Sequence record: MK817115.1
From: Escherichia phage vB_EcoM_phAPEC6
Direction: 5' to 3' (one strand)
DNA length: 64,000 nucleotides
A program made the translations under genes and the position numbers. The notes below the pieces were generated by a model that did no database searches, was not told the origin of the DNA, and saw nothing but the letters and a program-made list of their open reading frames with translations. This document shows, piece by piece, positions 1 to 9,563 of the stretch (position 1 is the stretch's first letter; every line of letters begins with the position of its first letter).

Positions 1-2
1 CT

Positions 3-2597
3 AAAGTTCAAAGTACTGAAGTTACAGTGTCTGCTCTAAATGCAACAAATGCAGTAGTTTCTGGTGATGTTTCAGCAGCAACAGCTTCAATCTCAGGTGC
101 AATTACTGGTGGGTCAGCAACACTATCTGGTGTTGGAACTGCTCTAAATGTAACTAATAACGCAACTGTTGGTGGTGTACTTACTGTTGGTTCTATTACT
201 TCAGCGGCAGAAAATGTATCCATTACTAAAAATACCGCGATTACTGGTAATTTAGCAGTATCTGGAACACTAACTGCGGGTGTTATTGATCTTAGCACAA
301 CTGATGTGTCTGTGAAGACATTAACTTCTCTAGGTGATGCAACCGTTCAAGGTAACTTAACTGTTGATGGTACTATTAACCTAAGTTCTGCAAACATCGT
401 CGGTGTAACACTAGAAAGTACTGGCTCCACTACCGTAGGTACTGATTTGATACTAACTACTGGTAACATTACAGGTAGTCCATCTATTTCTGGTAACTTA
501 GGTGTAACTGGCACTACAACTTTAACTGGTGCAACAACAGTTTCAAATACATTGAATACTGCTGGTAAACTAACAGTTAATGCTGGTGGAATTCAGGTTG
601 TTGCTGGTGGTATACAAGTTGATTCTGGAACTATTACTGCTTCTAGTGCTAATATTTCTGGTAGCTCAACACTTAATAGTGCTACTGTAACCACTACACT
701 AGGTGTTACTGGTGCAGCAAGTATGAATGGTGGTTTAACTGCTTCTACATTGGATGTAACAGGTGATAGTACAGTACAAAAACTAACTGTTAAGGGTGTA
801 TTTGTTCCTGAAGGTGGTTTGGACTTATCCGGTGCTGATCTTAGTGTGAATAGCGTAACTGCGGCAACCACATTAAGTGTTACTGGTGCTAGTACTCTAA
901 CTGGTGGTGTTTCCACTTCAACTGTTACTGCATCCGGTAAGGTAACCGCACAAGAACTAAGTACTGGTACATTGGATGTAACCACAAATGGAACTGTTGG
1001 TGGAACTTTAGGTGTAACTGGTAAAGCAACTGTTGGATCACTAGATTCAGGTGCAATCTCTGCAACATCTGGTACATTTAGTACTACACTAGATGTGACT
1101 GGTGCAGCAACCTTTGGTAATAATGTTAACATTACTGGTACATTAACCCCAGGTGCATTGGATTTAGCTAGTACTGATGTAGTTGCTAACAGTCTTTCTG
1201 TAGCTACAACTCTACATTCAGATGGCAACGCAACAATTGGTGGCACATTAGGCGTAACTGGTGCAGTATCTGCTCCATCAATCGCTCTTAATGGTGAAGG
1301 TGCTGCGTTAGCAGTTACTAATAACGCAACAATTGGTGGTACATTAGGTGTAACTGGTGCTACAACTTTAGGTTCTCTAACAACCTCTGGTGCAGTTAAA
1401 ACTGGTGCTGATGTTATTATCGGTACTAAAATTGGCGATCAACCAGAGACAGTTCAGATTTTCCCTAATACTTACATTGCTGGCTCCTTGCGTGTAGATG
1501 GTGGTATCAACGCTGATATTGACGTTAGTGGTCAAACAATTGAACCTTATGCAGTTGTTGCGGCGGACACTATTAGTGCAGCGGGTAATATTACTTCTGG
1601 TGCAGAGTTGATTTCCAAATCAGCAACTATTGGTGATGTTGGTTCACAAAACAACAACTTAACAATCAATGGTAACGTAGTTAACAACGGTAACTTTACA
1701 GTAACTGGTCTACTTAACGCAACACTAAACCAAGCAAACTCTGACGTGGCTGTTAAATCATTAACTGCAACCAACAGTGTTGCTGCTGGTACTAGTATTA
1801 CCGCAGGTACAAGTATTACTGCAACTGGTCTACTAAAAGGGAACACCCTTGAAGTAACTACTACTGGTTCATTTGGTGGTGCAGTAACAATGTCAAGTGG
1901 TGCTAACATTACTGGAACCGTTGGAATTACTTCTGGTAACCTAACTGTTGGTGGTGATATTTCTGCAACAGGTACTGCAACCCTAGCAGCAACTTCAGTA
2001 ACTACCATTACTACTTCTGGTGCAGCAACACTTGCTAGTGCATCTGTTACTGGAGCAGCAACAATCGGTGGTACTTTAACTGTTACTGGTTTAATGACTG
2101 CAAATGGTAGTGTTGTTTTAGGTGACGCTGCTGCTGATACATTAACTGTCAATGCAACATCTTCTTTCAAAGAAAATGCAGTATTTGATAAAGATGTAAC
2201 TGTAACTGGTCAATTAACAACTACTAATGCTGACCTAACTACTACAACAGTAACTACTAAAAAATATGATGTTATTCCTAATCAAGTAACTTCTTCTGTT
2301 ATCGCACCAACTGGTACTTGGACCCCAGACGGTACTAGCAACGTATACTTTATCACTCTAGATCAAGATACCACTCTAGCACCAATCACTGGTCTAATCG
2401 GTGGTGGTAAAGCATCTTCAGTATACATTTATGTGAAACAAGATGCAACAGGTAATAGAAACTTTACTACTGATGGTACTTATGCGGTTGTTGATGGCAC
2501 ACTGAACAAAACTGCAAACTCTGTAACTATCTACCAAGTCATTTATGACGGTGTGAGTCCAGTAACAGATATGTTTATTGCACAACGTACTGCTTAA
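3..2597 (+). CDS. Tail fibre-like structural protein, 5' partial (open reading frame continues past window start); Gly/Thr/Val-rich periodic repeats
   Basis: Frame is open from nt 3 (no upstream stop); 856+ aa of degenerate repeats (TxGxxTVGGTLGVTG-like); opposite-strand ORFs inside it are low-complexity artefacts. Confidence 0.6.
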   Translation, partial: KVQSTEVTVSALNATNAVVSGDVSAATASISGAITGGSATLSGVGTALNVTNNATVGGVLTVGSITSAAENVSITKNTAITGNLAVSGTLTAGVIDLSTTDVSVKTLTSLGDATVQGNLTVDGTINLSSANIVGVTLESTGSTTVGTDLILTTGNITGSPSISGNLGVTGTTTLTGATTVSNTLNTAGKLTVNAGGIQVVAGGIQVDSGTITASSANISGSSTLNSATVTTTLGVTGAASMNGGLTASTLDVTGDSTVQKLTVKGVFVPEGGLDLSGADLSVNSVTAATTLSVTGASTLTGGVSTSTVTASGKVTAQELSTGTLDVTTNGTVGGTLGVTGKATVGSLDSGAISATSGTFSTTLDVTGAATFGNNVNITGTLTPGALDLASTDVVANSLSVATTLHSDGNATIGGTLGVTGAVSAPSIALNGEGAALAVTNNATIGGTLGVTGATTLGSLTTSGAVKTGADVIIGTKIGDQPETVQIFPNTYIAGSLRVDGGINADIDVSGQTIEPYAVVAADTISAAGNITSGAELISKSATIGDVGSQNNNLTINGNVVNNGNFTVTGLLNATLNQANSDVAVKSLTATNSVAAGTSITAGTSITATGLLKGNTLEVTTTGSFGGAVTMSSGANITGTVGITSGNLTVGGDISATGTATLAATSVTTITTSGAATLASASVTGAATIGGTLTVTGLMTANGSVVLGDAAADTLTVNATSSFKENAVFDKDVTVTGQLTTTNADLTTTTVTTKKYDVIPNQVTSSVIAPTGTWTPDGTSNVYFITLDQDTTLAPITGLIGGGKASSVYIYVKQDATGNRNFTTDGTYAVVDGTLNKTANSVTIYQVIYDGVSPVTDMFIAQRTA

Positions 2598-2661
2598 TAA
2601 TTATAATAATAAAGGTGTCACTCATTTTGGGTGACACCATCATAACAAGTGAGGTAGTTAT

Positions 2662-3441
2662 ATGTTCACATATGTGAAAGGAAATTCAAAAGAAAATTAT
2701 GAATTGGGAAACATTATTTCCAATCCAATTGGTGTAAAAGGACTTAAAGAACGTCCTGGTGCAACACCAGAAGATCCACAAACCTATCGTTATCTTTATA
2801 GTGATATTAGAACTCTTTATGGTATTTCAAGTAAAGATGGTTCCCCAGTAGAACCTAATGATGCTGTTAGAAAAGAAGAAGGTTTTTGGTGGTTAGTGTA
2901 TAAAAATGTTGGAAATGTTAATGCTATTGAACAACCGTTGGAGTTTATTAAATTAAAAGATGAAAATCAACCTATTGTTGAATTTTTAGAAGACGCTACC
3001 GAAGAATATAAAGCACTAACTGTTCTTAAAACATATCATTATATTGATATGCCAATAGCAGATGTTAAAGTTGATTTAAAAGCAAGAACTATATCAGAAC
3101 GTACAAATCGTATGAATTCTGGTTATATGTTCAATGGTCATCGTTACAGTACTGATATGTCTGGTCGTCAAATGCTTCTTAATTACTATACACAAGTCAC
3201 TTCAGGTTCTGAAAGTGTTTCTATTTTTCTTGATGACGCAATTGTAAAATTATCTGCTACTGAAATGACACAACTATACACTGGAGCCTTTGCTATGATT
3301 GAGCAATTGTTTACAGAATGTGACAATCAGTGTGCAGCAATTGATGCAGTTGATGATTTAGATCCTGATGCAATTTATAAGGCACAACAAGCTGCAACTT
3401 GGGTATATGAAGGTGTTGATATTCCTGAACGTATACGTTAA
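2662..3441 (+). CDS. Hypothetical protein (possible fibre-associated or assembly protein)
   Basis: 259-aa ORF between two fibre-like genes, followed by intrinsic terminator. Confidence 0.5.
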   Translation: MFTYVKGNSKENYELGNIISNPIGVKGLKERPGATPEDPQTYRYLYSDIRTLYGISSKDGSPVEPNDAVRKEEGFWWLVYKNVGNVNAIEQPLEFIKLKDENQPIVEFLEDATEEYKALTVLKTYHYIDMPIADVKVDLKARTISERTNRMNSGYMFNGHRYSTDMSGRQMLLNYYTQVTSGSESVSIFLDDAIVKLSATEMTQLYTGAFAMIEQLFTECDNQCAAIDAVDDLDPDAIYKAQQAATWVYEGVDIPERIR

Positions 3442-3449
3442 TTTTTTAA

Positions 3450-3478
3450 GGTCAAGCCTATGCTTGGCCTTTTCTTTT
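3450..3478 (+). terminator. Intrinsic terminator
   Basis: GGTCAAGC-CTAT-GCTTGGCC stem-loop followed by TTTTCTTTT. Confidence 0.6.
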
Positions 3479-3497
3479 AACTAAAATAAATACATCA

Positions 3498-3505
3498 TAT
3501 AAATC
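3498..3505 (+). promoter_or_regulatory. Late promoter-like TATAAATc box upstream of fibre gene
   Basis: TATAAATC about 20 nt upstream of ATG at 3526. Confidence 0.25.
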
Positions 3506-3525
3506 TATTCTGAGGAAATATTTAA

Positions 3526-5490
3526 ATGAGTATAAATCGAATTAGAGGTGATGGTGGTGTAATTATTGATAGTAAATCTTTTTTAGAGTTACCGAAAGCA
3601 CCATCAAAAGAAACCGCTGATGTAATAAGATCAGGGATGATTAGATACAATAAGGAATGGAAATCATTTGAAGGTGTTCTGGATTTTGAAGATGGTACTA
3701 TGGCATATCGCCGCTTTGCAAACTTAGATGCAAATGGTAAACTTCTTACTTCCCAATTACCAGATTCAGTAACTAGTGGTTTACAGTTTGTTGGTACATA
3801 CAATCCTATCCCAGATGATATTGATCCACCTTTAGCACAAACACCACTACCAGCACCAGCAGCATCACTAAATGGTGATTATTATGTTGTTCGTGGTATT
3901 ATGGATGCAGCACAAGCACACTTTGAAGCAAATAACCCACAAACAAGTCCGGTTACATTTACACCTACGAACCCAACTGGTCAAGGTAATTGGATTGAAA
4001 TTTTATATTATGTTGACTCCAATCCAAATATATCTGGTGCTAAACTTGTAACATACGCTTTTGCAAGAATTATTACTGCATCTATTCCTAGTACTGGTCA
4101 TGATGGTCTTAAAAATTTAGCAACAGATGCTGACTTAACCAAACCATTTGCTTCAGGCGTTCCAATGAACCAAACCGCACTATCAGATGGTGATTGGATC
4201 ATTATAACTGAAGATAAAAACATACGTCTACGCCAGTCAAGAACAAGCATTTCTGCTGCTTCTGTATTATATGACAATACAGTAATGATTGCAAACCATC
4301 GTCAATTTAGAACAAACGCAGGAACCGTACAAACATCCATAGATAACGTTGTGATTGAATGTTTACGTAGAACTGGTGATTCCATGTATAATGATGGAAC
4401 AAGCGGCTCAGGGCGTTTTGGTGTGGTCTATGGTAGTGCAGCAGCACCAGCATTGACATTTAATAACAATCCATTTGATCCAACCAATAACCCAGGTAAT
4501 GATCCTGCAAAATGGTCAGACGCTAATACTGGTATATTTCATCCAGCCGATGACGCAATTGGGTTCAGTACTGCTGGAACTGAACGTATTAGAATTAATA
4601 ATTCAACATTAACATTATACCAAACAACTTCAACCCCAGCATCAACCCCAGTACTAAGATTTGATAATGCAACCAATACTAATGTTGGACTAAGTGCTAG
4701 TAGTAATATTATTTCATTTAGTTCAATGAATAAAGTACAAGTTGAATTTAAAAATGGTGAAAGTGCGTTTCATGGTAATATTGTGGTTGATGGTACAAGT
4801 ACATTGACTGGTGATACATCAGCTAGTAATATCACTGCTAGTGGTAATTTGAACATTCAAGGTAATACTACATTAGGCGATGCTGCATCTGATACAATTA
4901 CAGTTAATGGAGTTAGTACGTTTACAGCAAACACTAATTTCAATGGAACAACTAATAAATTTAAAAATATAAATCTATTAGCTAATGGTATAATTACATT
5001 AGAAAGTACTACTAATCAAAGTACAATCCAATTAGTTAGTTCTGATTTAAAACTATCAATGGGTAATTATGCTGATGTAAGTATCTATGATAATGGAACT
5101 ATAAGAACACGTTTTAATAGATATGGTATCCAATTACCAGTACTAGCTACTATTGATAACTCTGTTGGCGTTGATGGTATGATTGCATACTCCAATACCG
5201 AGCGTACTTCAATGCAAAAAGTTCAAGGTCAATGGGTTCCAATTGGTTCAGGTTCAGTGAGAACCGATGCTTTTACAATTTCATCTTGGGTATTAAGTGG
5301 TAACTACTACACCCTTACTGTAACAGCCTCAAACATCGTCACAGCAGAGATACAGGAACAGGTTAGTCCTGGTGTCTATACTCGTGTTGAGGTCGATAGC
5401 GTTACGTTTAACGGCACTAACGTAGTGTTTAGTATACCTTCAACTCCTGATGTACGTTTCGACGGAAGAACATTGGTAACAATTAGATAA
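3526..5490 (+). CDS. Tail fibre-like structural protein
   Basis: 654 aa; shares motif LGDAASDTITVNGVSTF with LGDAAADTLTVNATSSF of the first ORF; RBS GAGG upstream; followed by strong hairpin terminator. Confidence 0.55.
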   Translation: MSINRIRGDGGVIIDSKSFLELPKAPSKETADVIRSGMIRYNKEWKSFEGVLDFEDGTMAYRRFANLDANGKLLTSQLPDSVTSGLQFVGTYNPIPDDIDPPLAQTPLPAPAASLNGDYYVVRGIMDAAQAHFEANNPQTSPVTFTPTNPTGQGNWIEILYYVDSNPNISGAKLVTYAFARIITASIPSTGHDGLKNLATDADLTKPFASGVPMNQTALSDGDWIIITEDKNIRLRQSRTSISAASVLYDNTVMIANHRQFRTNAGTVQTSIDNVVIECLRRTGDSMYNDGTSGSGRFGVVYGSAAAPALTFNNNPFDPTNNPGNDPAKWSDANTGIFHPADDAIGFSTAGTERIRINNSTLTLYQTTSTPASTPVLRFDNATNTNVGLSASSNIISFSSMNKVQVEFKNGESAFHGNIVVDGTSTLTGDTSASNITASGNLNIQGNTTLGDAASDTITVNGVSTFTANTNFNGTTNKFKNINLLANGIITLESTTNQSTIQLVSSDLKLSMGNYADVSIYDNGTIRTRFNRYGIQLPVLATIDNSVGVDGMIAYSNTERTSMQKVQGQWVPIGSGSVRTDAFTISSWVLSGNYYTLTVTASNIVTAEIQEQVSPGVYTRVEVDSVTFNGTNVVFSIPSTPDVRFDGRTLVTIR

Positions 5491-5491
5491 T

Positions 5492-5523
5492 AAAAAAGGG
5501 AGAACTGATGTTCTCCCTTTTCG
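5492..5523. terminator. Bidirectional intrinsic terminator between convergent genes
   Basis: AAAAAA-GGGAGAAC-TGAT-GTTCTCCC-TTTTT. Confidence 0.7.
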
Positions 5524-5524
5524 T

Positions 5525-6454
5525 TTATACAGCCATAGGTGCTTTAATTGTTGGCATTGGGTTGTAATTCACTAATTTAAAAGAATCCATAGTGAAATCT
5601 TCAATATTAGTAATTGTAGGATCAAGCCACAATTCAGGTAATTCACGAGGTTTTCGCTGTAGTTGTTCTTTTACTTGTTCAACGTGGTTTTTATAAATGT
5701 GACAATCACCACCATTCCAAATAAATTCACCAACATCTAAACCAGTAATTTGTGCAATCATATGAGTTAGTAGTGAGTAACTACTGATATTAAATGGAAC
5801 TCCTAAAAATAGATCAGCGGAGCGTTGATGCAGAATACAGCTTAGTTTTCCTTGCACTACACAAAATTGCACAAAGCTATGACAAGGTGGTAACGTCATA
5901 TCATCAAGCTCACCAACGTTCCATGCACTTAGAATGTGGCGACGGCCATATGGATCGGACTTTATACCTTTGATTAGTTCTTGTAATTGGTCAGTTGTAC
6001 GTTTCATAACAACACCATGTGAACCAGTATAATCGATAACTTTGTATCCTTTATCTTTTAATTCTTGAATTTCTTCAGTACTGGAACTAAATTTATAATC
6101 TTCCCATTCACGCCATTGCTTACCATACACTGGACCTAACTCACCATCAGTATAACCAAGAGCAACGCCTTGATTTAGGTAATTATCTGTCCAAATAGTT
6201 TTCTTTTCTGTATCACGAGTTCCATGCAAAATTTCACAAAGGCGACGCTCATCATGGGAACCTTCAATAAACCATAGTAATTCTGAAGTCATTGCTTTCC
6301 AAGCTAGACGTTTTGTCGTCACTGCTGGGAAACCATCTTTAAGGTCAAAACGCATTTGTTGACCGATAAGTTTGATTGTTCCAACACCAGTACGGTCAAC
6401 GCTTTCTACGCCTTCATCTAGAATTTTTTGATATAGTTCTTGTAGTTGTTTCAT
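5525..6454 (-). CDS. thyA: Thymidylate synthase (ThyA/Td family)
   Basis: N-terminus DRTGVGTIKLIGQQMRFDL...GFPAVTTKRLAW and C-terminal MPTIKAPMAV closely parallel T4 Td and bacterial ThyA. Confidence 0.9.
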   Translation of the reverse strand: MKQLQELYQKILDEGVESVDRTGVGTIKLIGQQMRFDLKDGFPAVTTKRLAWKAMTSELLWFIEGSHDERRLCEILHGTRDTEKKTIWTDNYLNQGVALGYTDGELGPVYGKQWREWEDYKFSSSTEEIQELKDKGYKVIDYTGSHGVVMKRTTDQLQELIKGIKSDPYGRRHILSAWNVGELDDMTLPPCHSFVQFCVVQGKLSCILHQRSADLFLGVPFNISSYSLLTHMIAQITGLDVGEFIWNGGDCHIYKNHVEQVKEQLQRKPRELPELWLDPTITNIEDFTMDSFKLVNYNPMPTIKAPMAV

Positions 6455-7047
6455 TATTCTTCCTTGAAAAATGTAATAAAATGTTCCATATGTTTTTCGG
6501 TGGCATTGCGTGAACCAATACCAGTCCAGTTACCATGTGGTGCTGGAACGACGAATGTTTGTGTGAACTCTTTCAGTACTGTATCGAAATAAAATACTGA
6601 ACGTGAATTCATATCATAACAATAAATTTCAGGATTTTCAACTGAATCCATATACATCTGTACTGCCCATGCAGTACCACCACTTACCTTAGTTGGTGAT
6701 GTGATATTTGCAATACAATATATTCTTTCTGTATTAAGTATCTGATAACTATTCCTTGCAAGTAAGTTGTAAACATAAGAACCAGGCTTTGGTACTTTTC
6801 GCTGCAACGAGTAACATGCAATGTTTAGTTGATTTAATATAGAAATATCAGATAGAATATTGGATGGTATTTCTAATATAGTACTTTCATCTACACTATG
6901 CTCATGACCTTTGAATGAAAAATTAATAACTTCAAATCCATTATTTTTTGCATAGATAGAAAAAAGGCGGTCAGCACCTGCTGCCCCGCCACTAAAACAT
7001 ACATTAGATAAACCTTTAATTGCTTCATCTAATTCATTCTTTTTCAT
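6454..7047 (-). CDS. Rossmann-like protein with SGGAAGAD motif (SLOG/DprA/YpsA-like superfamily candidate), translationally coupled to thyA
   Basis: Motif CFSGGAAGADRLFS near N-terminus; 1-nt stop/start overlap with thyA. Confidence 0.3.
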   Translation of the reverse strand: MKKNELDEAIKGLSNVCFSGGAAGADRLFSIYAKNNGFEVINFSFKGHEHSVDESTILEIPSNILSDISILNQLNIACYSLQRKVPKPGSYVYNLLARNSYQILNTERIYCIANITSPTKVSGGTAWAVQMYMDSVENPEIYCYDMNSRSVFYFDTVLKEFTQTFVVPAPHGNWTGIGSRNATEKHMEHFITFFKEE

Positions 7048-7050
7048 ATT

Positions 7051-7707
7051 TTATTTTGCTTTACGTTCTGCAAATAGTTGTTTTACTTTCTCAATAGCTT
7101 TAGTCTGTGAAATACCTTCTGGAATTTCTAGATAAATTGTTTTACTATCTTTCGGTTGTTCAACAACTTGTGTTTGCGGACGCAAGCTTGGCTCTAAATT
7201 GTATGCACGTTCATAATGTTCTTTAGCCAGTTGTTCATATTTTTGTGCATCAGAGAGAAGTTTTTCTACAATAGTAGCTTCTTCTACTTTAGTGTCTGCT
7301 TCTTGTGGATTGAATGGGTTAAAGTCTTTTACTTTACCATCTTCTTGTACTTTCGCTTGATTTTCATCTAATGCTTTGTTTAGAACATCAAGAGAAATTT
7401 TATTATTACCACCAGTGTGCATATCAATGTCACAAGTACGAACGCGACGTAGATGTTGCATGTTGTGTAGAACATCTAGCATTTTGCGTCCATCGAGATA
7501 ACCAATTTTATGCATTACTTCCCACAAATCAATATTAGATTGACCATGACCCATAACAATATCAGTTACTGCGTGAACATATGCTTCTGGTAGTGAATCA
7601 CGATAAACGATAAGGCAGTGTTCAGGATCATCTGGTAGTGAACGCCAAACAACAAAAACACGAGAACCTGTATTACGCATTACACCAACATGACGAATAG
7701 CTGCCAT
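7051..7707 (-). CDS. Hypothetical protein
   Basis: 218-aa ORF in co-directional array. Confidence 0.5.
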   Translation of the reverse strand: MAAIRHVGVMRNTGSRVFVVWRSLPDDPEHCLIVYRDSLPEAYVHAVTDIVMGHGQSNIDLWEVMHKIGYLDGRKMLDVLHNMQHLRRVRTCDIDMHTGGNNKISLDVLNKALDENQAKVQEDGKVKDFNPFNPQEADTKVEEATIVEKLLSDAQKYEQLAKEHYERAYNLEPSLRPQTQVVEQPKDSKTIYLEIPEGISQTKAIEKVKQLFAERKAK

Positions 7708-7709
7708 AA

Positions 7710-7970
7710 TTATTCTCCTTTATCTTCTTGAGTTTCACTATCTTGTGATTCAGCTTCTTCTTTAGCTGCATCTTCTTGTGCTTTAATATCTTCAAGAGCT
7801 ACATTTGCAAAAGAAACAAATTTAGATACAACTGGAGCAACCTCAACAAGTTCTTCAACTTTAAAGGTGTTTCGTGCAACAGCAGCTTCCATGATTTTTG
7901 CAGCATTGATTAGGTCTAGAAGGGTTAGTTGAATTTGATTATTTTCTTGTTCCATTTTAATACTCTCCAT
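7710..7970 (-). CDS. Hypothetical acidic protein
   Basis: 86-aa ORF, acidic C-terminus. Confidence 0.4.
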   Translation of the reverse strand: MESIKMEQENNQIQLTLLDLINAAKIMEAAVARNTFKVEELVEVAPVVSKFVSFANVALEDIKAQEDAAKEEAESQDSETQEDKGE

Positions 7971-8019
7971 GTATATTGGTACATTAACTATTATATCATA
8001 TTTTTATAAGTTGTCCCAC

Positions 8020-8053
8020 TTATAAAAGAAGAGAACGGAAAATTCCGTTCTCT
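8020..8053 (-). terminator. Intrinsic terminator after VWA gene
   Basis: 9-bp stem AGAGAACGG / CCGTTCTCT with U-rich tail on minus strand. Confidence 0.55.
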
Positions 8054-8064
8054 TTATTTAGTAC

Positions 8065-9489
8065 TTAACTACGTTGACGCTTTTTATCAGCTTCATATTC
8101 GTAGTGTACAGTCTCACCAAATGGTGCAACTTTATTTGGGTTACTGTGAATCACGAACAGTGTTTTACAGTAGTTTGGATCACCCCATGACTGCCACGGT
8201 TCACCATCAGTAAACATTACAAGCTGTTTAGGCTTGTAGTTGTCGTTCTTCATATGAACCCATACTGCTTCAAAGTCAGTACCACCACCACCTTTTACTG
8301 GATATTCCAGAATCTTACGTTCTTCGCCAGTTTTGTAATCCTTTACAGTATAAACTTCAGTATCAAAAGTCATGATACGAATCTTAAACTGTTTGAATTG
8401 TTTAGTGATGCCAAGAACTTCACTAATGAAATCACGAAGCATATCTTCAGAAATAGACCCAGAAGCATCTAGTGCAATCGCAATATCAATATCATCATCT
8501 GGTTTCATCCCTGGGTAAATTGGATTACCATAGAATGAACCATTAGAACCAAAACCAGCACCCCATGAACGACGAGAAGGACTTTGATACGTTGCATCAG
8601 ACTTCAACCAACTACGAAGTGTACGTTGAAGTTTTGAACGCCAGTCAATCTTTGGTTCTTTAAAGTTGTTAATCATACGAGCGATTTCTGCTGGTGTACC
8701 ACCTGCACGTGCAGCATTCATCATTGCTGTTTTGAAATCATCCATATAATCACGTTTTTGCTGTTCACTTGAACCACCTTCTTGACCTTCTTGTGGAACG
8801 TCATGCTGGTCAATGGTAGTACCTTTTGGTTTACCCTTACCATCTTTAATATCACCAAAAGTACCGCGATTTTTACCTTCACCTTCACCGCCGCCACTTT
8901 GTGGTTGACCTTCACCTTCACCATCTTCTTTTTGTTCTTCTTCTTCAAGAAGAATGTAAATCTCTTCTGCGGTCATACCTTCATATTTTTTATCATACAA
9001 CCATGAACTTTGGATTTTTCCAATTTTCTCACGAACGATGATTTGGTTAATGGCATAATCCGCTGCACGGTTATAACGTTGTGGATCACGCATACCACGA
9101 CGAAGGAAGTGATCGTAAGCACAGTGTAGAATTTCATGACAAATTACAGCAATAAGGTTTTCATCAGTCAAACCTTCAGTCATTTCTTTTAATTGTTCGT
9201 CTGTAACTTCAGGATGCTTTTCACGAATAGCTTCTTCATATTCTTTCTTTTTAGATGGGTCTTGAATACCCATTACAAATTCTACGTTGTAGAATAGATG
9301 TTTACCATCAACTGCTAGAGTACGACACCATGTATTATTAGGAACTGGACGTAAACGTGAAGCGAGTACACCAAAGAATGGTGCAGTTAACATCAAAGAT
9401 GTACGAGCCAGAACCAGACGATCTTGACATTCTTTCTGGAGTGCCGGAGATACTTCATTGAATCTGGAAGTAGATTTGTTATCTGACAT
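8065..9489 (-). CDS. VWA domain protein with N-terminal HExxH metallopeptidase-like motif
   Basis: HEILHCAYDH (HExxH) in N-terminal half; MIDAS-like DASGS in C-terminal half; low-complexity G/E-rich linker. Confidence 0.7.
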   Translation of the reverse strand: MSDNKSTSRFNEVSPALQKECQDRLVLARTSLMLTAPFFGVLASRLRPVPNNTWCRTLAVDGKHLFYNVEFVMGIQDPSKKKEYEEAIREKHPEVTDEQLKEMTEGLTDENLIAVICHEILHCAYDHFLRRGMRDPQRYNRAADYAINQIIVREKIGKIQSSWLYDKKYEGMTAEEIYILLEEEEQKEDGEGEGQPQSGGGEGEGKNRGTFGDIKDGKGKPKGTTIDQHDVPQEGQEGGSSEQQKRDYMDDFKTAMMNAARAGGTPAEIARMINNFKEPKIDWRSKLQRTLRSWLKSDATYQSPSRRSWGAGFGSNGSFYGNPIYPGMKPDDDIDIAIALDASGSISEDMLRDFISEVLGITKQFKQFKIRIMTFDTEVYTVKDYKTGEERKILEYPVKGGGGTDFEAVWVHMKNDNYKPKQLVMFTDGEPWQSWGDPNYCKTLFVIHSNPNKVAPFGETVHYEYEADKKRQRS

Positions 9490-9520
9490 GTATATTTCCT
9501 CGTTTAGTTAAGATAAAAGA

Positions 9521-9552
9521 AGGATACCATTAGGCATCCTTCTTGTCAACAA
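9521..9552 (-). terminator. Hairpin with U-tract between MoxR and VWA genes (terminator or attenuator)
   Basis: GAAGGATGCC-UAAU-GGUAUCCUUC followed by UUUUAUC on minus strand. Confidence 0.45.
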
Positions 9553-9563
9553 CTCTTTGTTAA

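Noticed and set aside
8-2170. Minus-strand ORFs 8-298, 593-1246 and 1547-2170 inside the first fibre gene
   Set aside because: They lie antisense within a long repeat-rich plus-strand gene; their Pro/Val/Thr/Ala-rich translations are the expected mirror of the Gly/Thr/Val codon repeats and have no RBS or gene context
5525-6454. Group I intron in thymidylate synthase or nrdD as in T4
   Set aside because: Both genes are continuous ORFs with conserved N- and C-terminal motifs; no interruption visible
9553-9559. TTGACA hexamer between MoxR and VWA genes as a promoter
   Set aside because: Downstream -10 candidate (TATCCT) is poor and the hexamer is part of the flank of a terminator-like hairpin; more likely coincidental
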